From positions 86,641 to 150,640 of the forward strand of contig PLLP01000006.1 in NCBI GenBank assembly GCA_003141315.1: a stretch of 64,000 bases of DNA, written 5' to 3'. Every line of letters starts with the position of its first letter. The first letter of the stretch is position 1. Shown here in pieces: positions 55,557 through 64,000 of the stretch. A program made the position numbers and the translations under genes. This DNA is from Phycisphaerales bacterium. GTDB lineage: Bacteria > Planctomycetota > Phycisphaerae > Sedimentisphaerales > Anaerobacaceae. The notes below the pieces were generated by a model. The model searched no databases. It was not told the origin of the DNA and saw only the letters and a program-made list of their open reading frames with translations.

Positions 55557-56608
55557 CTGGTTGACCCTTTTTTAAGTTTTTCCAATAACCTGATTATCCA
55601 ATCGGTAAGGTCGACACATTCCCTTAACATTATCTGCCTTTTGTTTTGCCAATTTTCTTTCAAGTTCGGCATCGAGAGCCACTCGTTCATTTTATCGATA
55701 AGTTTTTCAAAATTTTCAGGTCTTATGCCGGCTGTCAGGCCGTATTTATGCTCCAGCTCTTCCAGGTATGAAAGGCGGCCTACAAAGCTGTTGCATCGCA
55801 ATGCGGGCGTTCCGAGCACTGCTGCCTCGGCAATCATCGTCTGGCTGTCGCCGATAACCATATCTGCAAACGCCATCACATCAAATATTCTGTCGGCGGG
55901 AACAGGCAGCAGGTAAGAATTCATAGATTCATCGATTGTTCTTTCTGCGCTGATAAAAACTTTACCGTGTTTCGAGAGATGATTAACCAGGAACGTGGCC
56001 TGAGCGGTACTAATACCTTTTGCTCCTATGTCGTGGTGAGCTGTAAGAGAGACAAGCCGAACCAAAAAGTAATGTTCGCCCTGGCGGAGACCCAGCAGAT
56101 TCAAAATCGAAGGGGCAGGCCTGAAGTAGTTGGGATGGAGATAAGCCATCTCGTGATATCCCTGGTACCTGATATGCCTTTTACCATAATCTTCGTATTT
56201 CAGGCTTTCCGGCGTCACTATGTAATGTGCAAGAGGATAGGCTAATTTGGCAAATATGGGGACCACTTTCGCATCGTCTTCATTAAAAATCAGTGAAACA
56301 GCGCCTGTAAGCCGCGAGACTAAACCGGCAACGGCAGAGGTGCCTATAATAAAATCCGTTCGTTTCCTGGCCGCCAGGAAAAACGCTGCAAAGAATGTTT
56401 TCACTGTCTGCCAGGCAAGCGGTAAAAGCCCCTTTCTTTTTCGGGATATTACATAATAAGGCCAGCCCGTCCTGGAAAGAAGGTCAATCAGGCAGTCTTT
56501 TTGTCGGGCAATTATCCGGACATCGTGGCCGGCCTGCTTGAGACTTTTGATAGAATTTTTAAATAGATGAAAATGAGCGGGATGTCCCAGGTCAAAAATA
56601 ATTCTCAT
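55541..56608 (-). CDS. DUF354 domain-containing protein (GT-B-like)
   Basis: MRIIFDLGHPAHFHLFKNSIKSLKQAGHDV is the typical DUF354 N-terminus. Confidence 0.8.
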   Translation of the reverse strand: MRIIFDLGHPAHFHLFKNSIKSLKQAGHDVRIIARQKDCLIDLLSRTGWPYYVISRKRKGLLPLAWQTVKTFFAAFFLAARKRTDFIIGTSAVAGLVSRLTGAVSLIFNEDDAKVVPIFAKLAYPLAHYIVTPESLKYEDYGKRHIRYQGYHEMAYLHPNYFRPAPSILNLLGLRQGEHYFLVRLVSLTAHHDIGAKGISTAQATFLVNHLSKHGKVFISAERTIDESMNSYLLPVPADRIFDVMAFADMVIGDSQTMIAEAAVLGTPALRCNSFVGRLSYLEELEHKYGLTAGIRPENFEKLIDKMNEWLSMPNLKENWQNKRQIMLRECVDLTDWIIRLLEKLKKGSTRCPDK

Positions 56609-56689
56609 ATATTATTCCCACGCGGGCATCGAACCCTGCTATTCTATCCTGCACATTCGGCGACATTGTATCAGCCGGGTTAAAACCAT

Positions 56690-58435
56690 TTAACGTTTTT
56701 TCAGGAGGATAAGGGGGACGGCCCCTTCGCCGCCCGGCTGCACAGTTTTATCCTGTATTATCTCGTATCGGGCCAGAAGCTTTTGAAATTCCGGTTTTTT
56801 GCTCAACTGCACAGTCTGGTCATCGGCAATCAATATCGCATAGTCGTAATCGCCTTTTAAGATATCCGCCTCGGCGCCGTCGATAAGCTGGCTGTAAGAA
56901 AGCTTCTGATTAAGCCCGACATTAAAAATCCAGGTTTGCGATTCCTGATTTCTTCCGAGCATCCAGGTATCTTTGTGCACATTTTGAGATACGAGAATTT
57001 TCTTATTTTTATCCAGTTCCAGGTATTTGCCGAATACCGAGAGAGGAGCGAAACGCCATTCGCTTCGGAATTTGAGGGCATTGGATTTCACGTCATTTAT
57101 ATTATTTTGCAAAGGCAGATACACTACCATAAAGAGGCAGAAAAATGAGACGAATAAATACAGCATATTTTGTTTATTCGTCAGCATTATCAGAATCAAA
57201 ACCACTAAAACCGTAAGGGGCATAATGGCGACCGCATAAAAAGCACTCGGCTCTTTCGGGTTTTTATAAAAACCAATAAACGAAGGAACAAGCCACATTA
57301 AAATGCCGACGAGAATAAACGCCGCGGCTATGGCCAATATCGCAGCGATATATTTGGAAAGTTTGGAATTTTTTGTGATTGTAATCCTGCTGAAATCAAA
57401 GTCAAAAAATTGGGCGGCAAAAACGCACAACACCGGCAGCGCAGGCGAAAAATAGCGGGGTAAAACAGTAAATGAGCTCCTGATATAAGTCAAAAAAACC
57501 AGCGTAATAAGCGGGACTATGCTTAACAATCTTTTGCGTACCCCGCCAATCACTGACGATTGTTTCGCCGCCAGTATATAAAAAACAAGCAGGGGGAAAA
57601 GCGGCGTCGTTGTCATATAATTGAACCAGGAAATAATCGGCCTTTGCGAATAGTAAGGGTCATACGCGCCGGTGGGGGCATTAATGTTAGTGCCGAGGAC
57701 ATTCGCTATACTGGACGGGCGAACCGAGAAGAAAAAGTCGCGGATAAAAATACCATCCAGCATCATCAGCAGAATGCAGCCAGCGAGCATCCCGACAAGC
57801 ACCAGCCCGGCATCCTTGAAAAATCGTTTCAGGCTAAATACATCCTCATCCCTGCCAAGTCCGCAAAATAAAACGATACTACAGATACCGGTCTCTTTCG
57901 ATTTCACCGCCCAGAAGAAAAGCAGGCCCAGAAGAATTACCATATATTTATAAAGTTTATTTGCCTTCGCCGGCAGGAGGAGATAAACCAGGGCCATCGC
58001 CGCAAAGATAAACATTACCGTAAAGTCGGATAGCGTGCAGCCCAACTCCTCGGCAAAACCCGGCAGCATTATAAAAAACAGGACGGCAATTACCGCAACG
58101 AGCCGGCTTTTCGAGAGGTCGATGAGCCTGGTACAAAAATAAACAAGCACGGAAGTTCCGAAAAAGATGAACAGCCAGAATATTTTGCCGCCGGTTATCG
58201 CATCGCCCGCCAGGAACATAAAAAACTTTTGCAGATAGATATGGCCATACCTGTTAAGTATCCAGGATTCGGGGCCTGTGTTCTGGGATAAACTCATATA
58301 AAGCAAATCATCCCAGTTTTTGGTTGTTCCGAGATGTGAATAAGTCCACAAAGCACCGACAGCCGCAAATAGAAAGAGGCCGACAAGCTCAAGTGTTTTG
58401 AACGATTTGTTATTATTTTCTACAATCTGTTTCAT
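56690..58435 (-). CDS. GT-C-fold (ArnT/PMT-like) polytopic membrane protein
   Basis: About 12 TM segments, an acidic motif (NWDDLLY) in the first extracytoplasmic loop, and a soluble C-terminal domain. Confidence 0.5.
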   Translation of the reverse strand: MKQIVENNNKSFKTLELVGLFLFAAVGALWTYSHLGTTKNWDDLLYMSLSQNTGPESWILNRYGHIYLQKFFMFLAGDAITGGKIFWLFIFFGTSVLVYFCTRLIDLSKSRLVAVIAVLFFIMLPGFAEELGCTLSDFTVMFIFAAMALVYLLLPAKANKLYKYMVILLGLLFFWAVKSKETGICSIVLFCGLGRDEDVFSLKRFFKDAGLVLVGMLAGCILLMMLDGIFIRDFFFSVRPSSIANVLGTNINAPTGAYDPYYSQRPIISWFNYMTTTPLFPLLVFYILAAKQSSVIGGVRKRLLSIVPLITLVFLTYIRSSFTVLPRYFSPALPVLCVFAAQFFDFDFSRITITKNSKLSKYIAAILAIAAAFILVGILMWLVPSFIGFYKNPKEPSAFYAVAIMPLTVLVVLILIMLTNKQNMLYLFVSFFCLFMVVYLPLQNNINDVKSNALKFRSEWRFAPLSVFGKYLELDKNKKILVSQNVHKDTWMLGRNQESQTWIFNVGLNQKLSYSQLIDGAEADILKGDYDYAILIADDQTVQLSKKPEFQKLLARYEIIQDKTVQPGGEGAVPLILLKKR

Positions 58436-60159
58436 TGCCTGCTGCTCTTAAATACTTTCCAGTAATCATCGTGATAGACGAGACTTCGGCCTTTCAGGTC
58501 GGGCCAATTGGGCGGCACGACAATATAATCCGCCTTCGATTCCGCGGCAAGTGCGAGCAGGCCGTTAAGGTCGCCTTCGGCGGTAATTTTTTCGAGTTTG
58601 GCCTGATAGTCCGACCATCTGAGGAAACCATCGGGCTTATTGAACCTGGCAAAGTCGCCGCCATCCCGCGTGGTGACCATGCTCCTCTGCGCATATATCC
58701 GGAACGGACTCATAAAATTATTGGCGAACAAAAAGAGGGACTCAGCCGGCGTGTTCGTCTTTGCCCAGTTCGATACGCCTTCGACGTACTGGTGCCAGCC
58801 AGCTATTTCGATTTTATTACCGTTCAGGAGCTGGTTTAACTGGGCAGAATTATATTCCCACTGACCGAACGGGTCATCTGAATTGTTGACAAAAAGCGGC
58901 AACAATACCACTATCACCGCACAGACGGTTATAAGAAGCGCTTTTGCGCTTAAGCCAGCCGAGCGTAAAATATCGGCAAGCAAATAAGCCGTATATATGT
59001 ATAACACAAGGTATGCGAACTTCTGACCCCGCATAAAATTATCGAGGAAAGGATACGTTTTCATAGATAAATAAACCTGCTGCAAAACGGCCTGCCCAAT
59101 AACCGTCCCCACAAAAGACAGCACGGCAAAGACGATAAGGAATTTGTCAAAAGCATTTCTTTTCTCTTTCCTGATGCACCAGCCGAGGGCAGCAATGAAA
59201 ATAAAAGGAGCAAAACAATAAAAAGGCTGCACTAATTTCGATGCCGGCACGGGCAGAAAACCAATCTGGCTGAAACGATATTGCAGGGCCTGGTAATACT
59301 GCTGGGCCTGCTCCGGCGAAAACGGAGGCGATACGAGATGATTAACATATATGGTTTGAATCACAAAAGGCAGGGCGCCCGCGATAAATGCAACGCCGGC
59401 AAACAGCAAAATCAGGAGTTTGCCGCGGTTCTTCAGGGCGAAATATAAAAGAGCCAGCCAGCAGAGAACGGCAAAATCGAGCGACTCGGGGGGATTCAGA
59501 TTAAATAAAATTCCCGTTATAAAAAATGGAATCACGAGCAGGAAGCTGTTCCTGTATTTCCAAACGAGGATAAAAACGAGCGGAATAAAAACAAGCACGA
59601 AACTCCTGGGCTGGACGGCCTGAAGGCGGTCAAGCCCGTAATATGTTTCCGCCATGCTCCATCGCCATATAATCGCACAGCAGGCGGTAATCAGGGAAGC
59701 CCAGACCGAACGGGTAAGATAATAAAGCGAGCCGTAAATGATAAATAAAAACGCGATGGAAAGCGGAAACTGCGCGACCCTGTGCCCGCCGATAATTCCC
59801 CAGTTGCTTATGAAAAAAGAAATGATTCCTCTTATCAGCGGAGGATAAGAATCGGCAGCCTTGCCGGCCCAGATTGTATCCTTCGCGAAATTTTCTGGGT
59901 GCTGCTTTGTCTCTATCATTGTGACGATGTTCATCTGGTCGCCGTGGATGACAGGAACCGGGTTCAGCATCCATACCCAGCCCGCGAAAATTACCATAAC
60001 GAGGCCTGCCAGAATATGCAGGTGAATATTTTTTCCGCCCGCAGGCTCAATTCCGAAAAAATCATCGGCTGATTTTAACTGTCCCGCATAAGAAGGATTT
60101 ACTTCGTTTTTTTTCCGTTTGGAACCAGTTTTATCCTGCATCATAAATTCCAAAAACAA
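58432..60159 (-). CDS. Polytopic membrane protein, possibly a second GT-C-type glycosyltransferase
   Basis: More than 10 TM segments plus a C-terminal soluble domain. It is coupled by a 4-nt ATGA overlap to the downstream gene. No family motif recognised. Confidence 0.45.
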   Translation of the reverse strand: MFLEFMMQDKTGSKRKKNEVNPSYAGQLKSADDFFGIEPAGGKNIHLHILAGLVMVIFAGWVWMLNPVPVIHGDQMNIVTMIETKQHPENFAKDTIWAGKAADSYPPLIRGIISFFISNWGIIGGHRVAQFPLSIAFLFIIYGSLYYLTRSVWASLITACCAIIWRWSMAETYYGLDRLQAVQPRSFVLVFIPLVFILVWKYRNSFLLVIPFFITGILFNLNPPESLDFAVLCWLALLYFALKNRGKLLILLFAGVAFIAGALPFVIQTIYVNHLVSPPFSPEQAQQYYQALQYRFSQIGFLPVPASKLVQPFYCFAPFIFIAALGWCIRKEKRNAFDKFLIVFAVLSFVGTVIGQAVLQQVYLSMKTYPFLDNFMRGQKFAYLVLYIYTAYLLADILRSAGLSAKALLITVCAVIVVLLPLFVNNSDDPFGQWEYNSAQLNQLLNGNKIEIAGWHQYVEGVSNWAKTNTPAESLFLFANNFMSPFRIYAQRSMVTTRDGGDFARFNKPDGFLRWSDYQAKLEKITAEGDLNGLLALAAESKADYIVVPPNWPDLKGRSLVYHDDYWKVFKSSRQ

Positions 60160-60222
60160 TTTAAATCATAACATCCCGATTCCACTAAAACATAAGGTTC
60201 ACAGCAGGCATTTGGCCGGGAA

Positions 60223-61173
60223 TTACTTTAATTCCTTATTTGCCTCCATATCGAACCACATCGCAAAGAGGGTGAATTGTGCGCAGCTCATAAAACTGAA
60301 CATAGCCGCCAGTGCGTTTGTGGGCGGTATTCTCCCGTTCTCGGCCCAGAACCAGAATAGCCTGATAAACAGCAGAATAGTAGCCAGGCCGAACAAAAGC
60401 CCGAGAGAATAAAAGAACACGAGCGGGTGAAAATCCCTGATGATATATTTTTCCTTCATCCGGTACAAAAAACCTTTCAGCAGGAGAAGCGGTATTGTGA
60501 AAGCGACAATGCTGATTTTGATTTTGGACTTTTCGCCGATATTATACACCGGCCGGACAGGGATATCCCTTACCTTCAAATTATAGACGTTGAGCTTTAT
60601 GAGCATATCGTTCGGCATACCGAATCTTTTATATATACCGTCGAGGTCGAGCATCTGCAGGGCTTTTAGATTTATAACCGTATAGCCGGTCTGGGAATCG
60701 GCAACATGCCAGTATCCGGAAGCGATTTTAGTAAGCAGCGAGAGGTAGGAATTGCCGAGGTATCGCACTTTCGGAATAATTCGCCAGGCGTTGCCGGTGA
60801 AGAGACGGTTTCCTTTTGCGTAATCAATCTCGCCGGACACTACCGGGTCAAGCAGGCCCGGCAAATCCACGGGGTCCATCTGAGCATCGCCCGCCATAAC
60901 GGCCGTCGCATCCATCCGGTTGTCCATGGCCCATTTATAGCCGGCGGCAATCGCCCCTCCTACGCCTGAATTATTATCGAGCCGGATTAGAACAACCCTG
61001 CCGCCGGATTTTTTTGCAAAATCATCGACAACCTGCGCGGTTTTATCCTTACTCTTGTCATCCACGACGACAATTTTATCGACATAGTCCGGCATTGTTT
61101 CGATAACCCTGCCGATAAGGTGCTCTTCGTTATAGGCAGGCACAACCACACAAACCGTCTTGTTTTTATACAT
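60223..61173 (-). CDS. GT2 polyprenyl-phosphate glycosyltransferase (GtrB/ArnC/DPM1-like) with two C-terminal TM helices
   Basis: VVVPAYNEE, VVDDKSKDKT and DAQMDP (DxD) motifs. The ATG at 61173 is preceded by GGGAGA. The ORF-track start at 61203 is an alternative. Confidence 0.85.
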   Translation of the reverse strand: MYKNKTVCVVVPAYNEEHLIGRVIETMPDYVDKIVVVDDKSKDKTAQVVDDFAKKSGGRVVLIRLDNNSGVGGAIAAGYKWAMDNRMDATAVMAGDAQMDPVDLPGLLDPVVSGEIDYAKGNRLFTGNAWRIIPKVRYLGNSYLSLLTKIASGYWHVADSQTGYTVINLKALQMLDLDGIYKRFGMPNDMLIKLNVYNLKVRDIPVRPVYNIGEKSKIKISIVAFTIPLLLLKGFLYRMKEKYIIRDFHPLVFFYSLGLLFGLATILLFIRLFWFWAENGRIPPTNALAAMFSFMSCAQFTLFAMWFDMEANKELK

Positions 61174-61262
61174 ACATTTCTCCCGTTCTATGTGGCCCGT
61201 CATTCGAAATCGCCCCGTTAGAAAACCTACAGATTTTAATCTCTGCTAAACAGGGACAGTTT

Positions 61263-62375
61263 CTAACTGGGTTTGCCGGCGACAAAAGCAAGAATGGTTT
61301 CGACGACATAATCCTTCATTTCGTTTGTAAGCTCCGGATAAACCGGCAGGGCAATGACTTCTTTGGCGGCCTTTTCCGAATGCGGGAAGTCGCCCTGTTT
61401 ATATCCCAGATATTTGAAACATTCCTGGACATGCATCGGCACCGGGTAGTAAACTTCACAGCCGATTGTTTTTTCCTTCAGGAATTTTATAAGCTCATCA
61501 CGTTTCGGCACCCGAATCACATACTGGTTGTAGATAGTTCCGCAATCAGGGCTGATGAACGGAGTTATAACGGGTGAACCTTTGAATTTTTTATCGTAAT
61601 AGGCGGCATTATCCCTTCGGGCCTGCGACCACTTGTCGAGATGCGGCAGCTTAACCAGTATAGCGGCGGCCTGAATCGGGTCGAGGCGGAAGTTGCCCCC
61701 GACATACTTATGATAATACTTTGGCTGGCTTCCGTGATTTCGCATAATGACCAGCCGGTTATACAATTTTTCATCGTTGGTCACCACCATCCCGCCGTCG
61801 CCTACCCCGCCGAGATTTTTGCTCGGGAAAAAGCTGAAGATACCGGCCGTTCCGACGCTGCCGGCTTTTTTGCCTTTGTAGGTGCTTGTGATGGATTGTG
61901 CCGCATCCTCAATAACCGCGATATTATTTTTAGCGGCAACATCCATAATGGGGTCCATATCCGCCATCTGGCCGTAGAGGTGAACGGGCATAATCGCCTT
62001 CGTTTTTTTCGTAACGGCAGCGGCAACCTTTTTGCTGTCGATGTTATATGTCTTCGGGTCAATATCGACAAAAACGGGTTTCGCGCCGGTTCTGGCGATG
62101 CAGCCAACGGTGGCGAAAAAGGTGAACGGCGTCGTGATTACCTCATCGCCGCTCTTTATATCGAGGCTCATCAAGGTATTCAGGATGGCATCGGTTCCGC
62201 TGGAGGCGCCGACGGCAAATTTGCAGTTGCTGACGGCGGCAATCTTCTGCTCAAGCTCCGCTACTTTGGGCCCGCCGATACAAACCTGCGATTCGAGAAC
62301 CTCTGAAACCGCCGCCAAAATTTCATTTTTAATTGTCCGGTATTGTGCCTTCAAATCCAAAAGTGGTACTTGCAT
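61263..62375 (-). CDS. DegT/DnrJ/EryC1/StrS family sugar aminotransferase (WbpE-like)
   Basis: VPLLDLKAQY start, SGTDAI, FSFFPSKNLGG (PLP Lys) and NFRLDPIQAA motifs. Confidence 0.92.
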   Translation of the reverse strand: MQVPLLDLKAQYRTIKNEILAAVSEVLESQVCIGGPKVAELEQKIAAVSNCKFAVGASSGTDAILNTLMSLDIKSGDEVITTPFTFFATVGCIARTGAKPVFVDIDPKTYNIDSKKVAAAVTKKTKAIMPVHLYGQMADMDPIMDVAAKNNIAVIEDAAQSITSTYKGKKAGSVGTAGIFSFFPSKNLGGVGDGGMVVTNDEKLYNRLVIMRNHGSQPKYYHKYVGGNFRLDPIQAAAILVKLPHLDKWSQARRDNAAYYDKKFKGSPVITPFISPDCGTIYNQYVIRVPKRDELIKFLKEKTIGCEVYYPVPMHVQECFKYLGYKQGDFPHSEKAAKEVIALPVYPELTNEMKDYVVETILAFVAGKPS

Positions 62376-62397
62376 ACAAAACTCCTAAAAAAGTTAA

Positions 62398-62433
62398 AAG
62401 TCACAAGTCGTAAGTCAAAAGTCATAAGTCATA
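62398..62433. repeat. Degenerate 7-8 nt tandem 'word' repeat (AAGTCNN)x5 in an intergenic spacer
   Basis: aagtcac aagtcgt aagtcaa aagtcat aagtcat a. Confidence 0.8.
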
Positions 62434-62434
62434 A

Positions 62435-63106
62435 TTATTTCGTCGAAGGTTTTTTGAAGTCATCGTATTTGATTTTTCCGACGGCCATTTCCGGGGGCAG
62501 CGGCGCCTCCTCGTCAATATCGAGACATCGCAATACGCCCGGTTTTGTTTCCTTGTACTTGTAGCCGCTTTCGGGGCATACCATAATGCCTTTGGCATCG
62601 GGTTTTCCTAATTTTATTCCGTGGCGGCTCATCCAGCCGACCTGCCGCCCGGGATTACCCACCATCAGTGCGTAATCGGGAACGTCCTTTGCCACAACCG
62701 TGCCGGCTGCAATAAAAGAGTATCTGCCAAGCTCTATGCCGCAGACAATTGTGGCGTTTGCGCCGACGGTGACGCCGCGATGAAAAATCGTTTTCTCGTA
62801 CAGGCTGTGCCTTATAACCTGCGAGCGCGGGTTGGTGACATTGGTAAGGACGCAGGAAGGCCCGAGGAAGACGTCGTCTCCGACAATCGTGCCGGTATAA
62901 ATCGAGACGTTGTTCTGCACCTTGACGTTATTACCGATAATGACGCCATCGGCAATAACAACGTTTTGGCCGAAAATGCAGCCCTTTCCAATTTTTACGT
63001 TCTTCATAATATGGCAGAAGTGCCAGATTTTACTGCCCTCGCCGATTTCGCAGGGCTGGTCAACAAAAGCCGTTTCGTGGACAAAATAATTTTTCTGCTC
63101 ACTCAT
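62435..63106 (-). CDS. Left-handed beta-helix sugar N-acetyltransferase (WbpD/WlbB-like)
   Basis: Hexapeptide repeats (IGKGCIFGQNVVIADGVIIGNNVKVQNNVSI...) and a C-terminal extension as in WbpD. Confidence 0.88.
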   Translation of the reverse strand: MSEQKNYFVHETAFVDQPCEIGEGSKIWHFCHIMKNVKIGKGCIFGQNVVIADGVIIGNNVKVQNNVSIYTGTIVGDDVFLGPSCVLTNVTNPRSQVIRHSLYEKTIFHRGVTVGANATIVCGIELGRYSFIAAGTVVAKDVPDYALMVGNPGRQVGWMSRHGIKLGKPDAKGIMVCPESGYKYKETKPGVLRCLDIDEEAPLPPEMAVGKIKYDDFKKPSTK

Positions 63107-64000
63107 AAAAGGTCCTCCGTACTTACAGGGGCGCCGTTATTTTTCAGCGACTTCTGCCCCGCTTCGAGAATCTGCACGACGCGCAAACCGTCAAGGCTGT
63201 CGCTTCTGATTTTTTTATCATCGAGAACGCAATCAACAAAGTGCGCACATTCGAGCGAGAGCGGCTCGCCTGACGATATTTTCGGTATCACGATGTCGCC
63301 GAACCGCAGCGAAATTATTTCCGGGTACGAGGCAACGGTATCTTTTTTCACGGCTGCACCCTTATCCCAGATGCGAATTTTTTCGCTGGCCTCCATATCA
63401 TCGAAGGTCGCCATTTTTTCCGAGCCGACCACCGTCATTTTGCGAATTTTGTGCGGGTCGAGCCAGCTGCAGTGGATATTCGCCATTTTGCCGTCGTTGA
63501 ATTTGACGGTGGCAAAAACCACGTCTTCGATGCCGTTCTGCAGGTAGCACTGCCCCCATGCCGACACCGAGACCGGCTGCGAACCGAACAAATAGCAGAT
63601 AACCGATATGTCGTGCGGCGCAAGCGACCACCAGGCATTTTCGTTCTTGCGAACGATTCCGAGGTTGACCCGCTGGGTGTACATATAATACAGCCGGCCG
63701 AGTTTGCCGGTATCAATCATGTCTTTGACAAAATTAACGGCGGGGTGATATTCGAGGAGATGGCCGACCATAAGTTTTACATTTTTTTTCGCCGCAAGCT
63801 CAACAAGCTCTTTCGCATCGGCGACCGTAAGCGTTAAAGGCTTTTCGACGTAGATGTGTTTGCCGGACTCGAGGCAGCGTTTGGCCACATCGAAATGTTT
63901 CGGCACATCAACCGCAATAACGACCGCGCCAACGGTTTTGTCGGCGAGGACGTCATCGAGCCGGGTCGTAGTCTGCACCGCGGGAAAACTTTTCTTCTGG
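63103..64000 (-). CDS. Gfo/Idh/MocA family oxidoreductase (WbpB-like). The N-terminus lies beyond the window edge.
   Basis: GKHIYVEKPL and MVGHLLEYHPA motifs. The frame stays open to nt 64000, and the Rossmann N-terminus is missing from the window. Confidence 0.88.
   Translation of the reverse strand, partial: QKKSFPAVQTTTRLDDVLADKTVGAVVIAVDVPKHFDVAKRCLESGKHIYVEKPLTLTVADAKELVELAAKKNVKLMVGHLLEYHPAVNFVKDMIDTGKLGRLYYMYTQRVNLGIVRKNENAWWSLAPHDISVICYLFGSQPVSVSAWGQCYLQNGIEDVVFATVKFNDGKMANIHCSWLDPHKIRKMTVVGSEKMATFDDMEASEKIRIWDKGAAVKKDTVASYPEIISLRFGDIVIPKISSGEPLSLECAHFVDCVLDDKKIRSDSLDGLRVVQILEAGQKSLKNNGAPVSTEDLL

Noticed and set aside
62621-63547. 308-aa plus-strand ORF. Similar long ORFs lie at 61641-62306, 45547-46191, 542-1141, 2033-2566, 31954-32676, 35044-35586 and 27947-28519.
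   Set aside because: All are antisense shadows of strongly supported genes with clear family motifs. They have Arg/Ala/Gly-rich or otherwise atypical composition and no motifs of their own.

Overview
This 64-kb window looks like a chromosomal segment from a PVC-group bacterium, probably Planctomycetota and Phycisphaerae-like. That placement is an inference from the DUF1559/prepilin-type pseudopilin gene behind an ECF sigma module, the very large LamG+dockerin exoprotein, an ftsW-murG pair sitting outside a dcw cluster, and dense families of short intergenic hairpin and word repeats. Most genes are housekeeping: ffh-rpsP-trmD-rplS-yraN-tatD; comM; an nfnAB-like pair; DUF1015 plus a class-V aminotransferase; tRNA-Thr; ribD, a flavoprotein and ligA; ggt; murG-ftsW. 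A long envelope-glycan cluster fills the 3' end: wecB, DUF354, two GT-C-like membrane proteins, a GtrB-like GT2, and WbpE/WbpD/WbpB-like enzymes.

Four accessory or unusual loci stand out:
1. A visibly AT-richer singleton gene downstream of comM encodes an N-terminal TIR domain fused to an unrecognisable Trp-rich domain of about 330 aa.
2. An AT-richer gene pair on the other side of comM encodes a TcmP-like protein plus a Gp37/Gp68 (DUF5131) three-Cys protein. It sits behind a 1-kb repeat-laden non-coding tract.
3. A three-gene operon encodes a membrane-anchored GrpE-like protein, a lid-less Hsp70 and a TerB/DjlA-like protein with no HPD J-domain motif. I consider this the best candidate for an undescribed system.
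4. At the tRNA-Asn locus, a small GIY-YIG nuclease gene starts 2 nt after the tRNA and is bracketed by duplicated tRNA 5'-half fragments.

No CRISPR array, integrase, transposase or rRNA was seen. All family assignments come from motif recognition by eye and need HMM or structure confirmation. GC statements are qualitative.
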